From an uncultured Planctomycetaceae bacterium (lineage in GTDB: Bacteria; Planctomycetota; Planctomycetia; Pirellulales; PALSA-1355), in assembly GCA_963785305.1 (NCBI GenBank), contig CAWAUV010000007.1, positions 1,664,001-1,728,000 on the forward strand: a stretch of 64,000 nt of DNA, read 5' to 3'. Of the stretch, positions 21,884 to 34,000 are shown piece by piece. The notes under the pieces are model-generated. The model had not been told where the DNA came from and searched no databases. It worked only from the letters and a program-made list of their open reading frames with translations. Numbering within the stretch: the stretch's first letter is position 1; the number at the start of each line of letters is the position of its first letter. A program made the position numbers and the translations under genes.

Positions 21884-23145
21884 ATGTCTGAACCAATTCT
21901 CTCCGCCGCGCTCGACGTGGAGCGGCTTCGGGCCGACTTCCCGATCTTGCAAACAATCTTGCGCGGTCGCGAGCCGCTGGCGTATCTCGACAACGCCGCT
22001 TCGACCCAACGTCCCCGGCAGGTGATCGATGCGATCGTGCATTGCTTCGAGCACGAATACGCCAATGTCCACCGCGGAATCCATTGGCTGAGCGAGCGGA
22101 GCACCGATCGTTTCGAGCAGCGCGCGAGCGGGTGCGACAATTCATTGGCGCCGCGGCAGTGGAAGAAATCATCTTCACCCACGGCGCCACGGAAAGCATC
22201 AACCTCGTGGCCCGCGCCTGGGGCGACGCGAATTTACGGCCCGGCGATGAAGTGCTTCTCACGCAGACTCGAGCACCACGCCAATATCGTTCCCTGGCAG
22301 CAGCTCGCCGAGCGCCGCGGAATCACGCTCCGCTGGGCGCCGATCGACGACCGAGGCTGCCTTGTGCTCGATGCCCTCGACGAACTGCTCACCGACCGCA
22401 CTCGGCTCGTGGCCGTGACGGCGGTGTCGAATGTGTTGGGAGTCGAAAACCCGGTGGCCGAGATCGTGGCCCGGGCCCATGCGGTGGGCGCATTGGCCCT
22501 GGTCGACGCGGCGCAGAGCGTGCCACACCAAGTGACCGACGTGCGCTGCTCGGCGCCGACTTTCTCGCCTTCAGCGGACACAAGATGCTCGGTCCCACGG
22601 GAGTGGGAGTGCTCTATGGCCGGCGCGAGCTGCTCGAAGCCATGCCGCCTTTTCTGGGCGGAGGCGGCATGATCCGCCGGGTGCGCGAAGATGGCTTCGA
22701 GCCCGCTGATTTGCCGGCGAAGTTCGAAGCCGGCACGCCTCCGATCGTGGAAGTCATCGGCCTCGCCGCCGCGATCGACTATCTCGCGGCGGTCGGCCTC
22801 GAACGCATCCATGACCACGAGCGACGGCTCGCCCGGCTGGCCCACGGGCGACTCGGCGGCGTGCCGGGTGTGCGGCTGCTCGGGCCGGGCGCCGAACACA
22901 CGGCCGGGATCGTGAGTTTCGTGTGCGACGCCCATCCGCACGATGTGGCGCAGATGCTCGATGAACAGGGAATCGCGGTGCGCGCGGGCCACCACTGCGC
23001 GATGCCCCTGCACAAGCGCCTGGGCATCTCGGCCAGCACCCGGGCCAGCTTCTACCTCTACAACACCGAGGAAGAAGTCGAGCGGTTGGCCGCGGCCGTG
23101 GCCCGCACCCAGACCGTGTTGGGCAAGAAGAGCCGGCGGCGGTGA
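21884..23145 (+). CDS. sufS: Cysteine desulfurase (apparent indels at ~22120, 22262, 22545)
   Basis: YLDNAAS, NVHRG, EHHANIVPWQ, FSGHKMLGPTG, RAGHHCA spread over two frames. Confidence 0.9.
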
Positions 23146-23431
23146 TCGGCCGCGACAGGGGGGGCCGGCTGTTCGAAAATCGGCGCGATGTCGCGATGTC
23201 CTGGTGGTCGCGAGACGCAAGTCGCGATCGTCGAGCGCACCCGCTTGCCACCGGTGCGAATTTGCCGATTGGCGCCGCTTCGGCCGATCTTGACGGTTGT
23301 GGGAGATGGCGCCCGAGCGGACCGCGCCGGTTCGCGGCATTCCGAGCGCCGCGGTTGAGCTAGAGTTGTGTGGCGAGCTCTCGCCCAACGCGCATTTCGA
23401 CTCGAAAACTCCTCACGGCGAAGCGGGAATC

Positions 23432-25099
23432 ATGGACTTGGTGGTGAACCAAAACGCGGCGGTGGCTCTCGATCATTTGGTCGCGCGGGCCGGGCAACTC
23501 TATAGCTTGCCGGCGGTGGCGCTCGAAGTGCTCGAGCTCACCCAGCAGCCGCAGATCGATATTCGCGCGGTGAAAGAGTGTATCGAAAACGATCCGGCGC
23601 TCACGACCAAAGTGCTTCGCGTGGTCAACAGTTCGCTCTTCGGCCTCGGCCGCGAAGTGAGCGACCTGAATCACGCGCTCACGCTGCTGGGCATCAAGCC
23701 GCTGAAGCTACTCGTGCTCGGGTTTTCGCTCTCCGACGCGGTGTTTTCCAAACTCACCGGCCGCTGGATCGGCCGCTACTGGCGCCACACCTTGATCAAG
23801 GCGGTCTCGGCCCGCGAGATCAGCGAAACGATTTGGCGCGTGCCCGGCGACGAGCCGTTTCTGATCGCGCTGCTTCAGGACCTGGGCCTCTTGGTCTTGC
23901 TGCAAGAGCTGGGCGAGCCGTTCGCGGCGTTTCTTGATCGTGTGTGGAAAGCCGATGGCGACCTGTTGTCGCTGGAGCGCGAATCGCTCGGCTTCGATCA
24001 TCGCGAGCTCACGGCCCGCATGCTGGCCCTGTGGGGACTACCGCCGCAATTCATCACGGGAGTGCTCGCCGATCGCAACGAACAGGATTTTCTCGCGGGC
24101 CTGCCGGCCCAGCGGGCGCTGCCACCCACCTTGCGGCTCGCCGAGCTCATGAGCGACCTCTTGGCCGAAGGCCGGCCCCGAGCGCTCGAGACGCTGTTGG
24201 CCGGCGAATCGCCGGTTCCGATGTCGCACGACCAGCTTTTGGCGTTCGTCGAGCGCAGTCAGTTGAAAATGGACAATCTGGCCGAAGTTTTTTCGCTCGA
24301 ACTGCCCGAGGGACAGACCAATCGCGAGATGTTGGCCAAGGCCCAGACGCAATTGGCCTTGGTGGCCGAGGCCGCGGCGGTCGAGTTGCTCGCGGCTCGT
24401 CGATCATCGCGGGGCATCGATATCGAAATCGAGCAAAGTCTGCTGGCCCAGGCGCGCGACTTGACGAACAGCCTCCGCCGGGCGATTTCGCAAGGCGCTC
24501 GACCCGCGGAGCCGATCGCTCCGACCGGGGCGCCGCTTCGCCGGCAACATGCCGCCGCGCCGCTGCCGAAGCCGATCTTGAAGCGAACCGCCATCACCCA
24601 AGAGATCGATTCATCGATCGACCACGATCCGACCCTCGATGTCGGTCTCGCGACCGCCGTGGCGGCTTGCCGTCATTCGCGCATCGCGCTGAGTCTCGCG
24701 CTGATCGAGATCGACGAATTCGACCGCATCGAGCGCGAGCAGGGGCAACTGCGGGCCCAGGGCATCTTGGAGCAATTGGCCACGGCCTGCCAGCGATTCA
24801 ACGCGCCGGCCATGATGTGCTTTCGGACGCGGCGCACCCGTTTTGCCCTGGTGTTGCCCAACTGGGACCGTCACCAGTGCTCCGAGTTTCATCAACAGTT
24901 GCTCGAAAGCCTGCGGGATATCGTGATCGAAGAGCCCGATGGGCAATTGAGCGTGGTGTCGGTGAGCGTGGGGCTGGCGTCGGTCAGTCATCCGCCGAAG
25001 AACTTCGACCCGCGATCGCTGCTCGAAAGCGCGACCCGGTGCTTGGCCGCCGCCCGGCGCTCGGGCGGCGGAGCGATCAAGAGCATCGGCATTTATTGA
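23432..25099 (+). CDS. HDOD domain protein with C-terminal degenerate GGDEF-like domain
   Basis: LYSLPAVA, DPALTTKVLRVVNS, LLQDLG, GFDH. C-terminal LALIEIDEF...VSVSVG without the GGDEF signature. Confidence 0.85.
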   Translation: MDLVVNQNAAVALDHLVARAGQLYSLPAVALEVLELTQQPQIDIRAVKECIENDPALTTKVLRVVNSSLFGLGREVSDLNHALTLLGIKPLKLLVLGFSLSDAVFSKLTGRWIGRYWRHTLIKAVSAREISETIWRVPGDEPFLIALLQDLGLLVLLQELGEPFAAFLDRVWKADGDLLSLERESLGFDHRELTARMLALWGLPPQFITGVLADRNEQDFLAGLPAQRALPPTLRLAELMSDLLAEGRPRALETLLAGESPVPMSHDQLLAFVERSQLKMDNLAEVFSLELPEGQTNREMLAKAQTQLALVAEAAAVELLAARRSSRGIDIEIEQSLLAQARDLTNSLRRAISQGARPAEPIAPTGAPLRRQHAAAPLPKPILKRTAITQEIDSSIDHDPTLDVGLATAVAACRHSRIALSLALIEIDEFDRIEREQGQLRAQGILEQLATACQRFNAPAMMCFRTRRTRFALVLPNWDRHQCSEFHQQLLESLRDIVIEEPDGQLSVVSVSVGLASVSHPPKNFDPRSLLESATRCLAAARRSGGGAIKSIGIY

Positions 25100-28000
25100 A
25101 GCAGCGCGCCGGCGCTTCCCGTCGCCGCGCGGCGAGACCGCGCCGCCAGGCGAATCCGCAGAGCATGAGGCTCGCGATCGCGACCAGGGCCCAGGAAGCC
25201 GGTTCCGGCACCACGGTCAGCACCACATCCTGCCCGTTGGGGCCTTGGCCATAGAGCACATTCACGCTCAGGCCGGGGTTCAGGCCGCTTGTGGTCACGG
25301 AGCCGAAAGTGCCATTGGTCGCCGAAGGATCGATTAGCAGGAAGCTTTGACCCGCGACCACCGAGGAATTGGCAAAGAGGCTGAGCGTGGCGCCGGCCCC
25401 TGTTCCGCTCGCGCCGTCGAGATTCACGACGCCCGAAGTCACGTTCAAGTAGTCGTTGGGCAGCATCGTCGTGGAACCGCCCGCCACGAAGCCGAAACCG
25501 GCGGTGGAGGATGTCAGGTAGGCGTCGAGGGTGGCGGTCGGCGCCAGAGTGACCGCGGCGCCGCTACTGGCGGCGGCGGCCACGAGCAGACCCTGGATCG
25601 ATTTCGCCCCGGCGTTGTTCGGATCGTAGCCCGGGGTGAAGATCGCGCCGGCGCTGACCAAAATTCCCGGCGAGCCGCTGGCCAGATAGATGCTGCCGGA
25701 GCCGGCCAGAATCGAGCTGGCGGCGGCGGTGAAGCCGCCATCGGTCGGCGTTCCGGCCGTGCCCTGCGAGCCGTTGACGAAGAGCGTGCCGGCGTTGAGG
25801 CTGGTTCCACCGGTGTAGGTATTGGCCCCGCCGAGGTAAACAGCGCCGGTTCCGCCAATCGCCACGCCACCCGCGCCGGCGATCGAGCCGAGATAGCTGG
25901 AGTTTAGGTTGTCCGCGCCGCCGATCGTGAGCGTGTAGCCCGAGCCGACATTCACCGTGCTGCCGCTGGCGGTCGAGTTCAAGGCGCTCACGGTTTGACT
26001 GGCGCCCACATTGAAGGTGGTTCCCGCGGCGAGGTTCACCGTGGCCAAGGTTCCGATCGCGGCGGCGTGATTCGAGTTGAGCGTGGCCGAGCCGTTGATA
26101 TCGATCACCGTGCCTTGCACCAAGCTGGTGGCGTCGGAATTGAGCGTGAGTTGGCCATTGTCTTGCAGGGTGATCGTGCTGGCGGTTCCGCCATCGCTCA
26201 GCGAGCCGAGAATGAGCGTTCCGGCGCCGGCGCCGTTGTTGGCCACGTCGAACACCGGATTGCCGCTGAGCGTCGTGGCGCCGAAGGTGAGGCTATAGGG
26301 GGCGGCGCTCGCGATGCTGCCGGTCACATCGAGCGTGCTCGAGCCAATCGTGAGACGCCCATCGAGGCGGCGGCCGAAGTGCTCACATTGATCGCCGAAC
26401 TGGCCGTGACCACCACACTGTTGGCGAAGGTTTGCCGCGCCGGCCGTGGAGCCGGAGGTCATCACAAAATCGCTGAAGGTCTGGGTCGCGCCCTGCCCGC
26501 CCGAGCCGCCGGAAAATCCGACATAGGCCGAGGTGTTGCTGCCAAGATCGGCCGAGAGGTTCACGCCGGTGTAGGTCGTGCTGTAGGTGGCCAGGGTTTT
26601 GGTGTCGGTGAGGGTTTCGGTGAGGGTTTGCGCCGCGGTGTTGTAGGTGATGCCCACCTGGATCGGATCGCCGTTAGCCACATTGACGCTGCCGGTGGCA
26701 TTGTAGGTTCCGGTTCCGGTACCTCCGGTGATGAAGTTCGTGCCGATCGTGTGTCCGCTGTAAATATTGAAGTCGATGGCGGCGCTATTGGCGATGGCGC
26801 CGGTTCCGGGGCCGTAGGCGAGCGCGCCGCCCGTGGCGCCGAGTTGCGTGAGGCTATTGGCGCCGTTGTTTTGGAGCATGAAGGTTGCGCCATCGGCCTC
26901 GTTGCCTGAACCCGCGGCGACCGCTTGGTAGACGAAGCTCGCCGTGAACCCCGACGGGCCGGCGACCGCTTGCGGAGCGTTTAGAAACGCCGTGCGGCCT
27001 TCGTTGTTAGCTCCGTCGGTCACGGTCAAGACATTGTTCGTGATCGGGGTCGCGGCGGTTGTATAGGGTCCGCTCGTATTCACCGTCCAGCCGGTTCCGT
27101 TGCCGCCAAAGCCGGTGATATTGTTAGTGGCATTGAGCTCGAGCGAACCGCCCGCCAAGGTCACTTGACCGGTTCCCAGCGAGCCGGTATTTCCGGCCAC
27201 CACCGCGCCACCTCCCGCCGCCAAGCCGCTGCCGATGATCGTCGTGCCCGTGTAGCCACCGCTGAGCGCTCCGCTACTGTCATAGGGCAGGCTCACCACG
27301 CCGGGCCCGAGCACGGTAACATTGCTCGTGCCGGTGATCGGTCCCAGAGTGAGTGTTCCGGCGCCGCCGCCGGTGCTGTTGGCGACGTTGAATGTCGCAT
27401 TGCCGCTAAGTGTCACCGCGCCGGCGGTCAGCGAGTATGCGCTGCCTGAAGTGTCGCTGCTGGCGACCGTGAGGGTTTGGGCGCCGATCGCAAGCGAGCC
27501 GACTGTGGCCGCAAGCGAGCCGCTGACATTGACCGTGGCATCGGCGGCCACATTGATCGGGGTATTGAAGAATTGGCTCGCGCTGAGCACTCCGGTGGTC
27601 ACTTGCGAATTGAGCAACGTGCTCAGTGTCGTGGAACCGGGCGAACTGAGATTCGACTGCACCAAGAAGCCCATGCCGCCGCCGCCTTGATAATACGCGA
27701 TTTCGATCGGATACACGCCGGGCGAGAGCGCGATTGTGCCAGTGTGCGTCGTGGCGCCCTGGTAGGCGTTGTTGGCGACCACTTCTTTCCCGTTGACATA
27801 AAGCACGCTGCCGTCGTCGCTGGTGGTGGCGAAAGTGTAGGTTCCGGTCGTCGTCACGACCACTTCACCGGTCATATAGGCTTCGAAGTAGCTAGTTCCG
27901 GTGAAGCCAAAATTGCCCTGGGTCGCGGCGGTCCCGCCGAATGGCGCCGCGTTGCCATAATTGCCGTTGCTGAAATCGAAATTCGCTTTGCCATTGTCCG

Positions 28001-31000
28001 TGGTGTTCACGGTCACGGTGGGCGTGAGACCGGCGAAGTGGGATTCCATCGTGCTATATGTATTGAGATATGACGTGTTGTTCGTTAGCGTCGTCGAGGT
28101 CTCTTGATAGAAATTCGCGGTCAGGCCTTCTTGATAACCGCCCACGAGGTTGAGGGCGCCACCGCCCAGAGTGACCGCGCCGGTCCCGAGGCCGCTGCCC
28201 AGCACGAGGTTTCCAGAGGTCGGCGCGCCCACGGCGTTGACCGTGCCCTGGTTGATCGTCATGCCGCCTGTCGACGTATTCGAGGGCAGCGTGATATTCA
28301 ATGTGCCGGGGCTGCTAAGCGTGATCGAACCGGTTCCCGAGATCGGAGCGTTGACATTCAAGGCGTTGCCCGTTCCCGGCACGAACGTCAGGCTGCCATT
28401 GTTGACGATCGCGCCATTGCCGAGCGTGCCGGCGCCATTGCCGGCGCCCACTTGAACCGCCGACCCGGTGGAGATCGTCGAGCCGCCGCCATAGCTGTTG
28501 TTGCTAGCCACGATCATCGGGGCGGTCGAACTGTAGGTCACGCTGCCCAATCCGGAAACGACGCCGCCGAGCGTGACCGGTCCCGAGCCGGCGACCGTGA
28601 GCGCGTAACCCGTGGCGACGCCGGTGTTCACGGCCCCGGAAACGGTAAGCAGGCTGGCGCTATTGTTGGTCCAGCTTTGGGCGCCGCCCAAGGCGACATT
28701 GGCGCTGATCGTATCGGCGCCGGAGCCGGAGTTGACCACGATGCCGGTTCCGGCGGAGTAGGCGCCCGCGGCGCCCATAATGGTGAGCGTGTTCGAGCCG
28801 CCGATCGTCGTGGGCGCGGAGTTGGGAGTTCCCGAGCCGCTGAAGGTGAGGCTGTTGATCGAGAAATTCGCGCCCAGCACCGTGTTTAGCGCCGTGGCGT
28901 TGTTGGCGGTCATGTAGACATCGGTCGTGCCGCCGGGCGCCGCGTTGGCGTCTGGCGTGCCGGGTTGGGCGGTGGCCCAACTGGTGTTGGTTCCGTTGTA
29001 GCCGTTCCAGTAATTGCCGGCCAGCGAGGTCCAATAGGCGGCGGTTGGGCTCGCCGAAGCATTGGTCACAACCAGGTTTTCGGCCGTGCCCGTGGTTTGG
29101 AGCGAATAGAGCTCACTGCCAACGATTTCGCCGGTCTGACCGTTGGCGAAGTTGAAAGCGCCGCCGGCGCCGGTGGTTTCGCTCGTGTACGTGATGATCG
29201 GATACGTGCCCGTATTGAGCGTGAGCCCGGCAATGTTTACGGTCGTGACGCCATTGAAGGCGGCGGCGCCGGTGACATTGATGGCGTCGACGGCGAAGGC
29301 CGAGGTCGAGCCGGTGGAATTCACGGCATTGATCGAAAGAGCCCCGCCCGCGCTGCCGGTGGTAAACGCGGCGGCCCCGACGGTCGAGTTGTTGATATTG
29401 AGAGTCGTTGCGATTGCCGGTTGATCGACGAACGCGATCGTTCCGCCATTGAGCGTGACCGAGCCGGCGGCCCCCGTGCCGATCGTGGCGCTGCCGCTGG
29501 TGGCGGCGCCGGTGATTTGCAGCGTGCCGCCGGTATTGACGCTCACCGGGGTTCCGCCGAGCGAAGCGGCCGTGGCAAGAGCCAGATTGCCGCCGATGGT
29601 CGTGGCGCCGGTGTAGGTGTTCGCGCCGGTGAGGGTTTGCAGGCCCGAGCCGGCAACCACTGTCAGGGCCAGTTGGCTACCGGTAGCGGTTCCGTCGGAA
29701 AGCACGCCGCCGTAGCTGGCGACCGCGTTTCCACTCCCGACCGACAGCGTGCCCGGGGCGCCGGAGCTTTGAACCATGCCGGCGCCTTGCATCCCGTTGA
29801 TCTGCTGGGAAGTGCCCATAAGGTCGAACGTGCCGCCGACGACGTTCACCAGTCCCGCCACGCCGGCGCCCGACGGCAGCGCGTTGTTGGCCCCCATCGC
29901 GAGCGTGCCGGCGACGATGTTCGTGTTGCCGGAATAGGTGCTTGTGCCACCCATCGTGAACGTGCCCGTTCCTTCTTTGTTTAGCCCGCCGGCGCCTGAC
30001 ATGGTCCCGCTGTAGGTGGTGTTGGTGTTGTCGAGGCCGGTCACCAGTGTGGTCGAGAGCACGACGGCGCCCGCGCCTTGCAAGGAGCCGATCGTCATAT
30101 CAGGCGTGGCCGCGGCATACGATGAGCCAATATCCACCGTAAGGCCGCCCGTGCTGGGGCCGTTCATCTGAGCCTGGAACCCGTAATCGCCGCCGCCCTG
30201 ATAGAAGGCGGTTTCAATTTCATACGAACCGGGCGCCAAGGTGATCGTGCCGCTCCGGGTCACGTAGCCCTGGTAGTAGTTGTTGTTGACGATTTGCTGT
30301 CCGTTGATCCAGAGCATGCTGCCGTCGTCGCTCGTGGTCGAGAAGGTATACGATCCGCCTTGGCCGACGGGAACGGTGATGGTGCCGGTGTAGATGGATT
30401 CGAAATTGTTGGGATTCGTCAAAATGTTGGCGGGGAAGGCGCCGGGAACAACGCCGGGGTTGCCTTTACCGATGGAGGTGTAGGTGCCCGGCAGATCAAG
30501 CACGGGCGTGGTCAAAGTGGCCGCGGGAGTGAGCGACGCCAAGTGTGTTTCGAGGGCCGCGAGCGAGTCGAAGTTCGCGTTCGCATTACCGGTCGTTCCG
30601 CCCGTGTTGCTCAGGCCGCCCGGATAATAGTAGGCGCTCGTGAATCCATTGACACCGGGAAGGCCGACATTCAATGTTCCACCCGCCAGGACATTGACCG
30701 TGCCCGTGCTGAGCGATGCGCCGCCGGAGGTGATCGCGCCGCCGGACTGGATCGTCGTGCCGCCGGTATAGGTGTTCGCGCCGTTGATCACGGTCATGCC
30801 GGCGCCCATTTGCACGACAGCGCCGGCGCCGGTGATCGTGTTGGCGAAGGTGTTCGTGCCGGTGCGATCGAAGGCCAGCGTGCCGCCGTCATTGATCGTG
30901 GGCGTCGAGGCGATCGAGCCGGAGGCGCCGCCATTGCCAATCTGCAACGTGCCGGCGCCGATGCTCACGAGTCCGGTGAATGTGTTGGCGCCTGTGAGCG

Positions 31001-34000
31001 CGAATGTGCCCGCGCCGAATTTGGTCAGCCCTCCCACGCCGGACATCACGCCGCCATAAGCGGTGCTGGTTCCATCCGTGCCGGTAACGAGACCGCCGGT
31101 CGTTAACTGCACCGCGCCTGAGCCGGAGAGCGATCCCACGACCAAGTCGGGCGTGACCGGAGCGGAGCTCGAACCCATGTCGACCATCGCGTTGCCGGTG
31201 CTGGGGCCGCTCATTTGCGCTTCGAGCCCGTAGCCGCCATTGCCCTGGTAATAGCCGACCACGATGCTGTTTTCGCCGGGCGAGAGGGTGATCGTGCCGT
31301 TGCGATAGTTAACCCCCTGAAACGCGTTGTTGCTGACAACCAGTTGTCCATTCACCCAAACCATGCTGCCATCGTCGCTACCGGCCTGGAAGGTGTAGGT
31401 TCCGCCCTGGCCGGCGGGAATGTTGACCATGCCGGAGAAGTAGGCTTGGAAGTTGTTGTAACCGCCCGAGGCGTTGAGCGCCGTGGGGAAAAGCTGCGAG
31501 CCAGGGACGCCTTCGCTATTCGCGAGGAAATTGATCACCGGCGATGTGGTGACTCCTTGCGGAGTGAGGCTGCCCGTGGCCGTGTTCGTCGGGCTGGCGG
31601 CGCCGATATTGGCCTGCAAGGACGCGAGACTGTTGTAGGCGGCCTGGCTGGGATAGACTTCGCCGGAGCCGCCGGTTTGCACCACTTGGAAGAACTGTCC
31701 CGCGAGGCCGACATTGCCCGTCTGGGCCACGGCCAGCGTGGCGCCGGAAGCGACATTCACCGTGCCCAGGGCCAGACCACTGCCGCCGGCCACAAGTGTG
31801 CCCGCGGTCACGGTCGTGCCGCCGGTATACAAGTTGTTGCCGCTCAGCGTCAGAGCGCCGGTTCCCACCGAGTCGTTCAAAACTAGGCCGGCGGAGTTTG
31901 TCGAAGCGATCGCACCGGCCATAGCCACGCTCTGACCGTGGGTGTCGATCGTGATCGGGCTCGCGCGTATTCGCGATGCGGCTCGAATAGTCCTGGGCAC
32001 CCGCCGCGGAGCTGGCGGCGGTGTATTGCAGCGAGCCGCCCGCGAAGGTGATCGCTCCGGTCGTGCCCAAAGCCTGTGCGCTGCCGGCTTGGAGCACGCC
32101 GCTCGTGAGTGTCGTGCCGCCGGCGTAGGTGTTCGTGCCCGAGAGTGTGGTCGTGGCCGAACCGGCCACGGTGACGCTACCCAGGCCCGAGACCGCGCCG
32201 CTGATTGTCGTGGGACCCGCGCCGGCCAAGGTCAGGGCATAAGGCGACGAAGCGCCGGTGTTCACGTTGCCTGAAACCGTAAAGGCGTTCGTGCTGTTGT
32301 TCGTCCAGCTTTGACTCGCGCCGAGGGCCACGTTGGCGCCGATCGAGTCGGCGCCCGAGCCGGCGTTCACGGTGATGCCGGTCCCCGCGGCATAGGTCCC
32401 CGCGCCGGCGTTGATGGTGAGGGTGTTCGCGCCATTGATCGCCGTGGCGGCGGTGTTGGCCGAGCCGCTTCCAGTGAACGTCAGGCTGTTGATCGTGAAA
32501 TCCGAGCCCAGCACGGTCGTGAGCGGCGTGGCCGCGGTGGCGGTCATATAGACATCGGTCGTGGCGCCCGGAGCGGCCTGGGCATTGGCGCCGGCGGGCG
32601 CCGTGAGCCAGCTTGTGTTTCCTCCGCTCACGTTGTTCCAACTTGCGCCCTGGGCGCCGTTCCAATAGGCGGCCGCGGGAGTGGTCCCGGTGGCGGCGGT
32701 CACGGAGAGGCTTTCGCTCGTGGCGTTGCCCGTCAAGGTGTAGACCTGGGAACCGATGATTTCGCTTGTTTGGCCGTTGCCGAATTGAAATGCGCCCGAG
32801 CCGGTCTCGCTCGCGAAACCGAGCAGATTATAGGAGCCGAGGCCCAGTCCCGAGCCGGTAAGATTGATCGTCGTGGCGCCGCCGAGCGTCAATGCGCCCG
32901 AGCTTGTGATCGAATCGACGCCCGAGCCCGAGACATTCAGCGTGAGCGAGCTGCCTGCGCCGAAGGTGAGGGCCGATGTGCTCAGCGCCGTGGCGCGCGC
33001 CGCTCTGATCGGCGAAGGTGAGTCCGCCATTGACCGTGAGGCTGCCGCTGGCGAGCGAATAGGCGCTCGAGGCGCTGGCGCCATCGATTTGCAATGTGGC
33101 GCCGCTGGCGACACTCACGGCCGACGTGGCAAGCGAGCCGCCTTGGGCCAAGGCCAATGTGCCGGAGCTCACAGTTGTCGGGCCGTTGTAGGTATCGGCG
33201 CCCGAGAGCGTGAGCGAACCGGTTCCGGCCACGGTCAGGCCGCCATCGGAGCCGCTGACGACGCCGGAGGTCAGGTTTTGGCCGATCGTCACGGCATATC
33301 CGCCGGGGTTGACCGTGGCGCCCGCGGCGCCGATGCTGGCGGTCATTGATCCAGCGTTGGCCCAGTTCAGGGGGCCGGTGGCTTGGATCGTGCCGCCGTT
33401 GAGGTTGAACGCGCTCGCGCCGGAGCCGACCGTGATTGCGGGCGTTTGAAGCACGCCGCCTGTGAGGTTGTAGGTGCTCGTGGCGCCGGTGTTGCCGAAC
33501 TGCAAGTTGATGGTGCTGACCGTGCCGCCCGATTGATTCACGATTCCGATCGCACTGGCGTTTCCCTTGGCCAGATAGAGGTCGCCCACGCTGAATGTGG
33601 CGGCGCCGCTAATATTGAGCGTGCCGGTTCCGGCTTGACCGTTGTCGACGAGGATGAAATCGTAGGTCCCGGCGGTGCTCTGGTAGGACGTAAAACTACC
33701 GGTTCCCTGCACAGTGAGCGCGGCGCTCGTTCCGCCGGTAGTGTTATTGAGCATGTCGTTGTAGGAGGATGTCGTGGTGACGGCGGCGCCTGAGTCGATA
33801 ATGGTCGTGCCGGCGCCGAAGTATAAGTGCGTATTGCCGAGGTTCGAGACCCCGGTCAGGTCAAGCGTGCCGGCGCCGCTGACTTGCAGAATCTGATTGT
33901 TGCCCACGGCCGCGATCGAGCCGCCATAGGTGAGCGTGTTGCCGGAGGTCACATTGATGGCATTGCCGCCGGTGTTGGTCATGTAGATTTGCCGATTGGC

